From positions 868,001-932,000 of the forward strand of contig CP075493.1 of NCBI GenBank assembly GCA_021613535.1: 64,000 bases of DNA, given 5' to 3'. Position 1 is the stretch's first letter; each line of letters starts with the position of its first letter. Made by a program: the position numbers and the translations under genes. The notes under the pieces were generated by a model that saw nothing but the letters and a program-made list of their open reading frames with translations, did not search any database and was not told the origin of the DNA. Source of the stretch: Adineta vaga (Eukaryota > Animalia > Rotifera). Shown here one piece after another: positions 49,343-62,276 of the stretch.

Positions 49343-52300
49343 TTAACAATAAGCCAAAAGTACACTAACATTCTGTCCACCATAATTTGTGACAATAATA
49401 TCTGGGCGATTATCTTGATTAACATCAACGACAGCAAGAGATCTTGGTAAATATCCAGTTGGATAGGTTGTCCCAGTACTAAATATTCCTTTACCATTAT
49501 TGATAAGAATACTAACTTTACTAGCAGAATAATTTGTAACAATAATATCTGCTTGGTTATCACCATTTATATCAACTGCTGCTAATGCGATTGGATAAGG
49601 ACCCGTGGCATATGTTTCTCCCAGTATAAATATACCATTACCAATGTTCAAAAAAATAGTAACACTATCTGCATCAAAATTTGGTAAAATAAGATCAGGT
49701 TTTTTATCATAATTGACATCCGCTGCTGCTACAGAATATAATTTATATCCCGTTGAATATGTTTCTTGAGTTGCAAAGGTTCCATCACCCTTGTTCAAAA
49801 GAACACCGACATTTTTTGAACCATAATTTGCTACAATAATATCAGCATTATTATCATTATTGAGATCATTTGTCGCAACATAAATTGGATGAGAACCTGA
49901 TGTATAGGTTGTCACCACACCAAATATACCTTTACCTGCATTGAGAAAGATACCAATATTATTTGCAGCATAGTTTGCAACAATAATATCAGGTCTATTA
50001 TCATTATTAAGATCATTTGTTACAACAAAAATTGGTTCAGAATTTGAACCTGTTGCATAAAGAACTTCAACAGGAAATGTCCCATCACCATTATTGATCA
50101 ATACACCAACATTATTTGCATCCGTATTAGCGACAATAATATCAGCATAATTATTACCATCAAGATCTGCTGATGTTACTGAATGTGGATTAGCACTTGT
50201 TGAATATGTTACTTGTGGTTTGAATGTTCCATTACCAGCATTAAGAAGAACACCAACATTACTTGCATCTAAATTAGCAACGATAATATCAGGTAGATTA
50301 TCACCATTAACATCAGTTGCGACAACTGAATTGGGACTTGAACCTGATGTATAAATTGCAAGAGCACCAAATGTTCCACTACCTGCATTGAGAAAAACAC
50401 CGATGTTACTTGTATATGAATTTGCTACGATAATATCAGTTTTATTATCATTATCTACATCTGCTCCAGTTACAGAAGTTGGATTCGATATAGGACCAGT
50501 GGAATAACTCATTTGTGGAGTAAATGTACCATTACCATTATTGAAAAGAACACCAACACTATTTGCACCATAATTTGCCACAATCAGATCAGGTTTACTA
50601 TCATCATTGATGTCAACAGCGGTCAATGCATAGGGTAATTCAGCAGTTAAATATGTTTTCTGAGTTGTAAACATTCCATCACCAACATTAAGAAAAACAC
50701 CAACATTATTTGCTCCATAATTTGCAACAATAATATCGGGTTTATTATCATGATTGAGATCAGTTACAGTCACAAAGTATGGAGTCGAACTTGTTAAATA
50801 AGTTTTTTGTTGTGTAAAAGTTGCATTACCTGCATTCAAAAGAATATTAATATTTTGTGCACCTGAATTGGCAACAATAATATCCACTTTTGTATCATTA
50901 TTAATATCAACAGCTGCAACAGAAATTGGACGAGAACCAGTAGAATAATTCATATAACTTCTAAATAAACCATTTCCTGTATTGAGTAAAATTTCCACGT
51001 TATTTTTATCATAATTTGCGACAATGATATCAGATTTACCATCACCATTCATGTCACCGATGGCCACTGATCTCGGATTGGAAATAGTTTGATAAATCTG
51101 TTGAGAACGAAATGTTCCATTATCAGCATTTAAAAGAACACCAACATTACTTGCACCTGAATTTGCCACAATCAAATCTGGTTTATTGTCACCATTCATG
51201 TCACCAATTGCAAACGAAATTGGATTCGCACCAGTTGAATATGTTTTCTGAGTATTAAAAGTTCCCACGCCTGTATTCAGTAGAACTTCAACATTGTTCG
51301 CGTCAAAATTTGCAGCAACAATATCTGGTTTCATATCACCATTGATATCAACAGCCATAACAAAGATTGGATGAGCACCTGTTGCATAAGTTTTTTGTTC
51401 AGCAAATTTGATATTACAAAATTCATCTATTTACAAATAAAATCAATACGAATAGAATTTATCATATAAACATACTTAGAGTATTGCTACTCGAAGTGGA
51501 TCTTGTACCGAATACAGATGCAATAATAATTGCGACAAGTAATAATATTGTTACGAAAGTAATCGGAAAAAAAAATCTCTTTTGTCGATACCAAAGTTTT
51601 GATGGTCTATCAAAAGATTTCATTAAAAACAAATGATATCCTATCACAAAAAATAGTATACATACATAATCTTTGGATAAAGACATGCACCTAAATTCAA
51701 AATAGAAACATCTAATGTTATTGTTTTTATACATAATAGCAAACCTTCAAATGGAGGTTCAAGTAAGGTTATTTGTGGTACTATTTGTTTTAAATGAATA
51801 ATACAAAGATCAGGTGCTGATCTCATATGTGAATGAACTTCCATTAATGTTCCTGGTAACATTAACATTTCATCTTCATCACCAAAATGTGAATGAGCAC
51901 GAATATTTCTTCCATTAAATACTTCAATTGAAAATAAAGTTCTTTCACCAATCGATCCTAAATAAGTTTCATTTTCAAGAACAGTTAATGTTGTCGTACA
52001 AGATGAAAATGCCCACCATTTTATTTGTGTACCACGTGGAAATTCAATCTACTAAATGACGAACTCCACGCCAGATTGTTTGTTGTGGTGCACATGGTAA
52101 TTTAACTAATGCAGTTAGAAATAATTTTAAATATCGAAACCATGGTTGTAAATCATTTCGATTTGATTTTTTTAATGTATTATTTAAAATACTATAAAGA
52201 CTTCGTTGTCCATCAGTCCATTCCATTGTATAAAGACGAATTGATGCTGATTCATTATGAGTTAATCCGTCGGATGGATGAAGTGGAGTTTCTTTTAATG

Positions 52301-52468
52301 AAAAATAAACATAAGTAGAAAGATTTGATACGATATTAACTAATGGTGCACACATGCTTCAGTTAATGGAAGGAGTGGTTCATGTGCATAATTAATGATA
52401 GGACCAAGAAGTTCTGTACCATCGATATCTTTACTAAGAAGACGTTTTTGTAATCGCCAATGACTCAT
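49343..52468 (-). CDS. ADP-ribosyltransferase - TM - 14x FG-GAP/VCBS repeat receptor-like gene; ART part frameshifted (possible pseudogene)
   Basis: ATG 52468. ART motifs ESASIRLYTMEW, IWRGV, WWAFSSCT and EDEMLMLPG. Introns after PPFEG and after NTL. TM FFFPITFVTILLLVAIIIASVFG. 14 DxNxDxxxD Ca-binding repeats in the intact 49343-51358 frame. Shifts at ~52353 (extra TG) and ~52050. Confidence 0.78.
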
Positions 52469-53022
52469 TTGAATAAGTTCATTCATTTTTATAATAAATG
52501 ATTATATTGATCTATAAAAAAAAACAGAATAACAAGATCAAGAAGATAATCGAGTCAACATTCCATTTATTGAGAATTTCTGAGTTATAGAGGATAGCAA
52601 AAAATATAATTAAAAAGAAAAACGTAATACGATTTACCTTTTAACAGATATTCAATGACATTTGAAATGAAAAAGAAATGAGTAAATAAATATGGGAATG
52701 TGGGGAATACAAAGAAAAATAAAGGAAATCATGCGTTTATATCTATTTTTCGTATTCTTCATTCGTCATTGATAGAAAGATTATTTTTTCTTTTTAATTA
52801 ATCAGTAAAAAAACTACACTCATACCTTTCTTTTCCATCATCCAATTTCTTCATTCTCTTCTCTTTCGCAATAACATATTTAGTCGTCATTGAATATCTC
52901 TTAAAAGGTAAATATAATTACGTTTTTTTTATTAAGCACAGTTGACATTAATCAAATAATTATCTTTCGACCTTGAGTTATAAAGTAATGGATAATTTCT
53001 TCTTTTCAGAGAAACAATAAAT

Positions 53023-53466
53023 ATGATTCTTCGGTTATATTTCGTGATTTTCATCAGTTTATTAATGATTAAATTGGTAAATTGTGCGATTAGTTGGAGA
53101 GGAAATATGGGTAGATCATGTGATTTTGTAAATAATGATCTTTCAAATGCTCGAACATCATCGGAAGATTGTTTTCGAAAATGTAATGAAACAAATGGTT
53201 GTACACATTTTACTTGGACAACTTGGAATGGTGGAACTTGTTGGATGAAAAAAGGAATTGTCTATAAAGATGATGCTTTTATAACAACTGATTTAAGTAT
53301 TATGTGTGGTGTTATGAATGATAGTAATTCGACTTATATAATTGATAATTCAATAACACCAATCTATATAACGATTCTTTCAAATCAAGGACAATTAACA
53401 TCTCATTTATATATTTTACTTTTATTCTTAAATTTACATATTCTTTTTTTCTTCTCCTCTGACTGA
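53023..53466 (+). CDS. Secreted PAN/apple-domain protein with a hydrophobic C-terminal (GPI/TM-like) tail
   Basis: Signal peptide, CDFVNNDL..EDCFRKCNETNGCTHFTW..GTCWMKKG..CG, hydrophobic C-terminus. Confidence 0.82.
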   Translation: MILRLYFVIFISLLMIKLVNCAISWRGNMGRSCDFVNNDLSNARTSSEDCFRKCNETNGCTHFTWTTWNGGTCWMKKGIVYKDDAFITTDLSIMCGVMNDSNSTYIIDNSITPIYITILSNQGQLTSHLYILLLFLNLHILFFFSSD

Positions 53467-53557
53467 TATCTTTTGTAATTACACAATATGAAAAATAATC
53501 ATTCTTTATATTCGTAGAGTTCTGATGATTCACACGGTTAGCTTTGTATGTTGATTT

Positions 53558-53640
53558 CTTCGTGTAGACAAGCGGTCCAAGTCAAAAGTTTTAGGAACTT
53601 TATCCTAACGGATACGTGGGTTCAAATCCCACCTCGATAT
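53558..53640 (+). tRNA. tRNA-Leu(TAG)-like sequence, probably a pseudogene
   Basis: D-arm GAC..GTC, anticodon stem AAAGT/ACTTT with TAG at 53592-53594, variable arm ATCC-TAAC-GGAT, T-arm GTGGG-TTCAAAT-CCCAC. The acceptor stem CTTCGTG/CTCGATA pairs at only 4 of 7. Confidence 0.7.
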
Positions 53641-53905
53641 TACATCAACGACGCTTTCTAACCGTTTCTTTGTTTTTTTTAATCATTAAAAATTCTTCGT
53701 CTAATTGAGCAATTTTATGAAGAGATTGAAAATCATCTATATTATATATGTGCCTGACTTAACAAAATTTTGATTTCCTTTTTTTGTTTAATGAATTTTA
53801 TAATAAAAAAAAGAACTTCTATTTATACTTCTCTGCAGAACATTATAGCGTAACGTTCAAACAGTACGAGATATATAATTTTTTTTTAAACTATAACTTT
53901 TCGTA

Positions 53906-56900
53906 ATGATTATCAAAGATTTATTTGATTGGTTTGGTGAACAAATAAATAATTACAATCTATTTATTACTGATACTGATGAAGGTAATGATGTATCCAC
54001 GATTCGTCGTCAACGATATGCAACTCGTTTAACGTTATTTTGCTCATTGGTAAGTTTATTAAATTTATCTATAAAAAAATCGATCTATGAATTTCTTTTT
54101 CAGTCATATTTTACATATTATCATTCATTGCTTTCGTCAGTCCTCAAACACGATTCATAACAATTTCCAATATAACTCCATCTGTTTTTAATCAACTTCG
54201 TAATGAACATGGCGAAACACTTTCATGTCCATGTTCAACAACAACTATAACTTATCGTAATTTTGTTTTTAATTCAATTTCATTTCATCCTGTATGTTCA
54301 AGTATATTCATCAGTGAAGAATGGATTGATACTTTATATTTTTCAAATGCAAGTGCATTTTTAGTAATGGATTTTCGTACAACAGCTTATTCTCAAGTAA
54401 ATATTAAAAATGATGATTTTTATATAAAAGAAAATCATTTTTATTTAGTTTAAACTTCTTGCTGCTCTTTGTAAATTTTGTCAAGAGACAATATTTCAAA
54501 TTGAAATTGATTTAGATAATAATACATTAATAACTGCTAAACTTCTTTCCGAAAACGAAGTTCGATCTCAAGTGATTGGAAATATTGAACTTATTCAAAG
54601 TAGTAAACCTATTCAAGTACTTTTATCTCTTTATTTTTTACAAATTATTTCTCAATCAAATTCATTTATTTCTTCTTTGAATATCAATGCAGCTATTAAT
54701 ATCTATATTGATAAACAAGATTATATAATTGGTGGTGGTTTTACAACGTATAGAAATAAAAAATCTTCAGAATTTGCTTCAACAATCTTAACTTGTGAAT
54801 CAACAAATTCAGTTATTCCAGTTGGATTTTATCAAATATCGTATGAAGATAGTTCAGATTATCATTTATGGTGGCCTGAATATCTTCCTTACTTTGAACC
54901 AGAACCTTCTGCAATGGTTGATGGATTTTTCGGAGGATGTACTGTATTTGATTCACTTTTAATGAGTACATTGGATTGTCTTTATAAAATAGAATGTCTT
55001 GAACGTCTTCGTTATTATTTTCCTAAACTTAAATCAATGAATTCAAGTTGGATGAATATTCTTTTAATTTCTAAACAACAAAATCGATCTTTATATAATC
55101 ATTTAAATAATCTCTTAATTGAACAATGGACAACAAATATAAATTATACAACATATTTTCAAACTTGTGCTCCAATAATTTGTACATATTCCAAAACAGA
55201 TCGAATGAATTTAACTTATACAATAACACTTTTATTAAGTCTTTATGGAGGACTTATTTTTATACTTCGTCTTCTTACTCATTTATTAATTGATATTTTA
55301 TTTAAATTTAAATTACATCAAATAAATACACAATTGAATAACGGTTTGTATTATCTATTCATTACCATTAAAATGTATAATATTATAATTGAATTTTTAG
55401 AACAAAATCTCTCAATTATTCGACGAACAATTCAATGGATAATTCAATTAAATTTATTTCAATCAATTCGTCAACAAACACCAACTAATATTAAAGAACA
55501 ACGTCTTTCTACACGTATTTATTTGATTCTACTTTCAAGTATTGTAAAAAAAAATAATCATTAGAAAATCTATTGATTTGTTTTTCTTTTTATTATATAT
55601 TAAAGGTTCATATCTTATTATTATTCTTCTTACTACATTAAATACTCAAACAATAACAATAATCGAATCAAATCCTTCATTAATTGAATATAAATCTTAT
55701 GAAAAATTATATTCAAATTCACTTCAATGTCCTTGTTCAAATATAACAATATCATATTCAATATTTAATTCATTTCATCCAATTTTACATGAAATATGTT
55801 CAAGTAATTTCATAACTGATTCATGGATTATGATGATGAGACTTTTACAAGGTGATTGTAAGTATTATACTTAATTATATCGAGATCATATAATATAGTT
55901 TATAATGATCTTTTAGCTTTAATGACAGGATTTGATTTTGATTTTAATTGGCGTGGTATAAATGCTCAACAAATGCAATTATTATCCATGTCATGTCAAC
56001 GAGCGAATAAAACAATTGAAGATGCTATTCATCGATTTAATCAACGATCTTTTACAACTTCAAAAGTGTTAACACAATCAAATTTCAATGCCGTAATGAA
56101 TACAACTGTTGATCAATTTATTCGATCATTAATTATTGATTTTAATCTTCTTTTCAATACATCACATCTTTTTACTCAAGTTGATCAACCATTTACTAAA
56201 CCAAATCAAAATAATTTAATATTAAAGTCAACAACACAGGTACAATTGAATATCAATTTTTTCATCAATGATTCATTTCGTTTTTTTTTCTATTTATTTA
56301 TTCAGATGACAATTAAAATGAATAGATTAATTATGAATACTGAAATATTCAGTGAATGTATTTGTTCAACAAATCCAGATTGTCGACTTCCATTTTCTTT
56401 CATTGATTTACAAGTTAAGAAATCGAATAGAACTTCAAATTCTACATATAATCTTCGTTCAGGAATGGAACAAGGTTGTTTTGTAATTGATTCTCTTTTA
56501 CATTCAACATTAGAATGTTTTTATTCTAATGATTGTCTTTCAATTTTATATCATTACATGAATAGAACATTCTATACATATAATACAGGTGTAACTTGGT
56601 TTACTGTTCCACCACTTATCTATGAATCATCAACAATTAGTAGATTTCCACCTACTACTTCAATGAATATTATTATTAAACAAATGATGGTTGAACAATG
56701 GAATTCATTTTATTCATTTGATCATTATTATACAGCATGTTCACCTAATTACTGTACTTATTCTCAAACAACTCGTGCAGGTGCAATTGGAATAATCTTA
56801 ACATTAATATCTACAATCGGTGGTTTAACTGTTGCTTTACGTTTGATTACACCACAGATTATTAAATTAACTTCAAATTTATTTCAACCAAAAATTAATA

Positions 56901-59900
56901 AACAAATTAATAGAAGTATACAGAATCTCTTTTTTTACAATATCTAATCTATATTTCTTTGTTTTAATTAGTTCGTCCAAGATTATGTGTTCGAATTAAA
57001 ATTTTATTAACAAATATAGTTGAACGTATTTATAGAGAATTAATCGATTTAAATATGTTTCCACAAGAGAATTTCGGAAGAAATATCAATCGAATAAGAA
57101 TGAAACAGTTAGGTCAACTATCAACTCGATTATACATTATTCTTCTAATCAGTGGTCTTAGTATTTTACTTCTCTATTCCATTATTCAACCTCGAATTCT
57201 AATAAAAACATTTAATAAACCAACATTAAATAGTTATAATCATCTTATACTTGATCATAACAATTCTCTTCAATGTCCTTGTTCAATGATTTCATCAATG
57301 TATAAACAATATGTAACAATTGAACCACGATTTCATCCAGTAAGAAAAAAGCAAAGTGATTAAAAAAATTTTCTGAATCATTATGATATTTAGATTTGTT
57401 CGAGTCGATTTGCTACGAATAAATGGCGTCTGAAAATAACATCAAATTTAGCTGCTGATGTATCAATTTATCATCATCGAGATTATCGTCGTTTTCTTTC
57501 TGCACATTTACAATTTCTCATAGGTATTTGTGAACTTTCAATTCAATCTGTTAATGATTCAATTGATCAATTTCTTTCATCATTATTCATAACACCACAA
57601 CTTCAATCACTAAAAGATTTTCAAAAACATATTGATTCATTAGTAATACAAAGACAATCGATTGCTCCAATAGCTGTAGCAAATCTTATTAATTTACTTC
57701 GAAATATCAATCATGGTAATGCAATTCTATCAACTTATGAAACAAATTTTAAATATTATATTCCCAAATGGTATAATTCAACGTTTTTTTTTGGTAAAAA
57801 AACATTTTCTTTTGTTTTGTTTTTTTCTATAAAATTAATATATTCTATAGGTTACCCGGCATTGAGCTCTTTGGTACTTACTGAACCAGTTATTTATGAT
57901 GATGAATGTTCATGTGCATTTACTTCAAATTGTACAACTCAAGCTGTTTTTATAAATCAAGATTTATCGAAAAATATTTCAATAAAAGGTTTGAAAATGG
58001 GTTGTACACCAAGTGAATCATTTCTTGCTTCAACTCTCGAATGTTTTTATGATTCTTCATGTCTTCAAATAATTCAAGAACAAGTTAATTATATCAAGAC
58101 AAATTATAGTCCGATAATGTATGTTGCAAATTCCAGTCGATTTGCGCCAAATATGACTCTTGTGAATCTTGTTAATGAATTATTTATTGAAAATTGGATA
58201 ACAACAATTGATTATTCGGCATATTTTTATAATTGTTCACCGGAATTTTGTTCATATACTTATAGACAACAAGTTAATTCACTTTATACAACAACTCTTT
58301 TAATTGCTCTTTACGGTGGTTTGAGTGTTGTTCTTCAATGGATATGTCCGAACATAATCTATTTCTTTGTCAACACATTTTGGTATAGAAAAAAACGATT
58401 TAATACTGTTGGATCTATACGAACTATTGAAATAGATATAATTACAACTGATCATGCAAAACCTGTCTCTACTCCATCGACGGCTGAGTATATCTTTTGC
58501 TTTTGAATTTAATTACTTTACTATGTGTAAATTCTTTGTAGACCTAGTTTCTGTTTGGGATTATTACGTTTTCTTTTGGTTGGATTTTTGTTTTTATTAC
58601 TTTTAACTATGGCTTTTATTGGTCCATTTCTTTATCTTCGTCAACAAAACAAGGAATATACAACAAATATTACTAATGTTTTAGTTAATTCAAACAGTAC
58701 GATAATAACAAGTTCTACTACTAGTACGAATGCAATGTTAAAAATAAGTATCAGTACTTCAACAGGTATCTGTTTGTGTGTACAGACTATAGCTTTATAT
58801 AATTATTCTTTATCTTACTATAGTACCACCTTGTCAAACCACGTTTTCGTCAATTCTTTCCTATTCCACAGGTTCCGGTGTTTGGCCTAAATCTGTTGTA
58901 GTCGGTGACTTTAACATAGATGGTTATCGAGATATTGCTGTCGCTAATTTTTACGGAGATAATGTGGGTATATTTCTTGGAAAAGGTGATGGAAATTTTA
59001 GTGAACAAGTGATATACTCGACCGGAATTGGTAGTGGTCCAAACATGCTAATTCTCGCTGATATCAATAACGACAATCAACTAGATCTCGCTGTCAATAA
59101 TAACAACAACTACAGTGTAGGTTTATTTATTGGTAGTAGAGATGGAACTTTTCAAGAACAAAGAACACTTTCAACTGCATCCAATATTACTATGTATTTC
59201 TTTACAATCGCTGATTTCAATCATGATGATCAGTTAGATTTTGTCGTTATGGATACATTTCAAATTGGTATCTTATTTGGAAATGGTAATGCAACTTTTC
59301 AAAGCCAATTGACATCTTCAATTCAATCTGGATGTACACCAGTTTCAGCTGCTACAGCGGATTTTAATCATGATAATCAATTAGATCTTACTATTGTATG
59401 TTTTAGAGAAAGTATCGTAATTATCCTCTTTGGTAATGGAAATGGAAATTTCGATAGACAAATAACGTTGTCAACTGGACAATTTAGTCGACCGACTTCT
59501 ATTTCTATTGGTGATTTCAATTCTGATAATCAATGGGATCTTGCTGTTGTTAATAGTTTAACATACAACATCGGAATAATGCTTGGTAATGATAATGAAA
59601 CGTTCAATGAACAAACAATTTATTCTACGGGAGATTCAAGTCGTCCAAATGCAATGGTTATTGGTGATTTTAATCATGATAATCAATTAGATCTTGCGGT
59701 TGTTAATCGAAATACTCATAATGTAGGAATTATGTACGGGATAGGAAATGGAACTTTTCTTGAACAAATTACATTTTCAACTGGAAATCGAAGTGCACCA
59801 TTTGCCATTACAAGTGGAGATTTGAATAATGATGATAAATTAGATATCGTTATTGCAGATATGTCCTCTGCTACTATCGGTGTTCTATTAAACCAATGTG

Positions 59901-59911
59901 AGGATTATTGA
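53906..59911 (+). CDS. Large multi-exon membrane protein: three tandem 2-TM Cys-rich repeats + seventh TM + Ser/Thr stalk + 7x FG-GAP propeller; apparent 1-nt deletion in exon 1 (~54031)
   Basis: Three copies of TRxYxxLL(TM)..LxCPCS..FHPxCSS..W..GC..STLxCxY..ExW..CxPxxCxY..(TM)GGL. CPCS at 54226, 55728 and 57274; GGL near 55247, 56819 and 58315. TM at 58555-58640. Seven DFNxDxxxD repeats up to the stop at 59911. Confidence 0.8.
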
Positions 59912-60045
59912 AGATATTTAATTATAAATCCTTCGTTTTGCTTTCATTGTCATTGAGATGCTTGCTTTTATGTTTATATTTAATAATCATATAACTCATC
60001 ATCGTAGTTAAATAGCATCTTGAATAAGTTATTGTTCTATCTTCC

Positions 60046-61620
60046 ATGATTTTGCTTAAAGTCAATAATCGTTGGAGAGTTTTTTTCTTCCGAGATAAAC
60101 AAAACATTAATCACATGTATAAGCTGAATTTCAAAGACAAATTTAATGCACTAAAACAATTACGTTCATTATCAATACATTGTAATGATATCAATAAAAT
60201 ATATGTTCAAAAAGGTGTAGATGAATATTATCGTTATTCACAAATAAAATTTCAACTAATAACTATTCCTTCATATATAATAACTCAATTGAATCGATTA
60301 AATCTTCGTTATTTAACACTTGAAAAATGTGATATAGAAACTCTTCATACAATTCTATTAACAATGACACAATTAATTTCTCTTCAAATTTCTCTTGTAA
60401 TTGATTTAACAAATCTTTCTCTATCATCGTCAATCCTTTGGTTGATATTGAACATACCCTGTTTGATTTTCCCAAATGTTCGTTTTTCATTTAAAAAGAA
60501 TAATCGTTCTTTATAGATTCATCAATCACAATGAATGAAATCGAATGTTTTCTATTAAGTTTTTCTTATCTAACCCATTTAAAATTGGATATTACAGGTG
60601 AAATTGATCTTGTTAATGGAAAACGATGGGAAATATTAAGTAAAGATTGAATTAAATTTCATTTCAAATTTCATGTTAAAATTATTGATGTTAATTCTAT
60701 TCTCAACTCATTTTGTATTTTAAATAACAAACATTTCTATGTCGCTTACGTTAATGAATGTCTTTTTACAATTCCTTATTTTGCTTCAACAACTGTACAT
60801 ATTCCTTATCAACCACCAATTTATTCCACAGTATCTGATACAAAAATATTCTTTAATCATATCAATGAAATTATTATATCCGAACGAGAAAATATCATAT
60901 CAAACGATTTTCCTAATCTTGAACTAATATCATTGACATGTTCAATGTTTCCTGAACTTTTTTCTTCAAAACTTAATTTCAATCGAATTAAACATTTAAA
61001 ATTAATATCACTTGATAATATGAATATATTGATAATGAATATAAACTTAATGCCTAGTTTATTTCATTTATCAATCCATGGTCATTTAACAGAAGATTTC
61101 ATTGAACAAACAAAAGATTATCAAATAAAACAAATTCGAATATTAGACATTGATACATCAACAAAATATTTAAGATACATTATTGAAGATTTAATTCATC
61201 TCTTTCCTTATATTGAACAATTAAGTTTATCAAGAATTTATTTGAAAAAAGATCTAATTAGATTAATTGATGGTTTTGAATATTTATCAAATGGATCATT
61301 TATTTTGCAATGTTCACTAACGAATATGGAAGAAAAATTATGGTTTTTACAACCAGAATTATCTATTTCTGGAGTTCGACGATTGACAAATGGAACATTT
61401 ACATGTCGATTGAATCGTTCATTAACTGATGATATAACTTATGAAATTGATCTTTGGATTGGAAAACAGGTTCATTTGCTTTTTTTTCATATATTTTATT
61501 TCAATTGCTCGAAAAATGTTTAATTTAGATACGAAAATCTTGGTGGAGGATTCATTTACCACCTCGACCAGGATATTATTCATATCGACTGATAGCTAAA
61601 TTCTTTCATCATCCATCTTA
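60046..61620 (+). pseudogene. 5'-truncated F-box/LRR-associated-type gene fragment
   Basis: LRR-like LxxL pieces and DLVNGKRWEIL..FHFKF with an in-frame TGA at ~60648. The ORFs are fragmented and no N-terminus is visible. Confidence 0.5.
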
Positions 61621-61983
61621 TATTTATATAGAAAATACTTATCGACAATTCAAATCGAATAGAATTTTACAAAATATTTTCAAATTTCTGAAAAAAATGT
61701 TCTGCTCTTTTCCTCGTCTTCTCGTTTATATGTGCCAATTGAATATTTTTATTGTTTTAATTCTAAGCCTTTACAATGCTTCTTCTATAACTGTTGGTTT
61801 GTTGACTTTAGCGTGTTTATGTATTTTGTTTTCAAGTATTCAGCGTCCTTGATTGATCATTATCAAATTTGCACATATCCTTTTTACGGAAGGAAAACAA
61901 ATGTTATTATCGTGTAACAATCATCGCTTATATTAAAAGTTTTAGAAACCAAATTCAAACTTTAACGAATTTTTGTCTTATTA

Positions 61984-62027
61984 AAGGGTGGGTGAAGAGA
62001 ATAAACGATACTCTTACTCACACCCTT
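61984..62027. repeat. Inverted telomere-like hairpin element
   Basis: AAGGGTGGGTGAAGAGA ... TCTTACTCACACCCTT. A further G-rich arm lies at 62071-62118. Confidence 0.6.
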
Positions 62028-62276
62028 CTAAGATTGATCACTACAATCAAATCGTTCAATAAATTAGGGCATGAGTGTGGGTATCGGTATTCTTGAGGGT
62101 GTGGGTGATAGAGTGGGTTTTCTAGTAAGATCATAGTTCATTTAAAACTTGGATTCAAACTACTATTTCAGTGAGAATATACTTATGGGTTTGGAATCAG
62201 TCGAGGTTCCAGCGGATCACCTTCGACGAGTGTGATTTATTATTAACAGAAAAAATCAAAATCAAATGAACAATAT

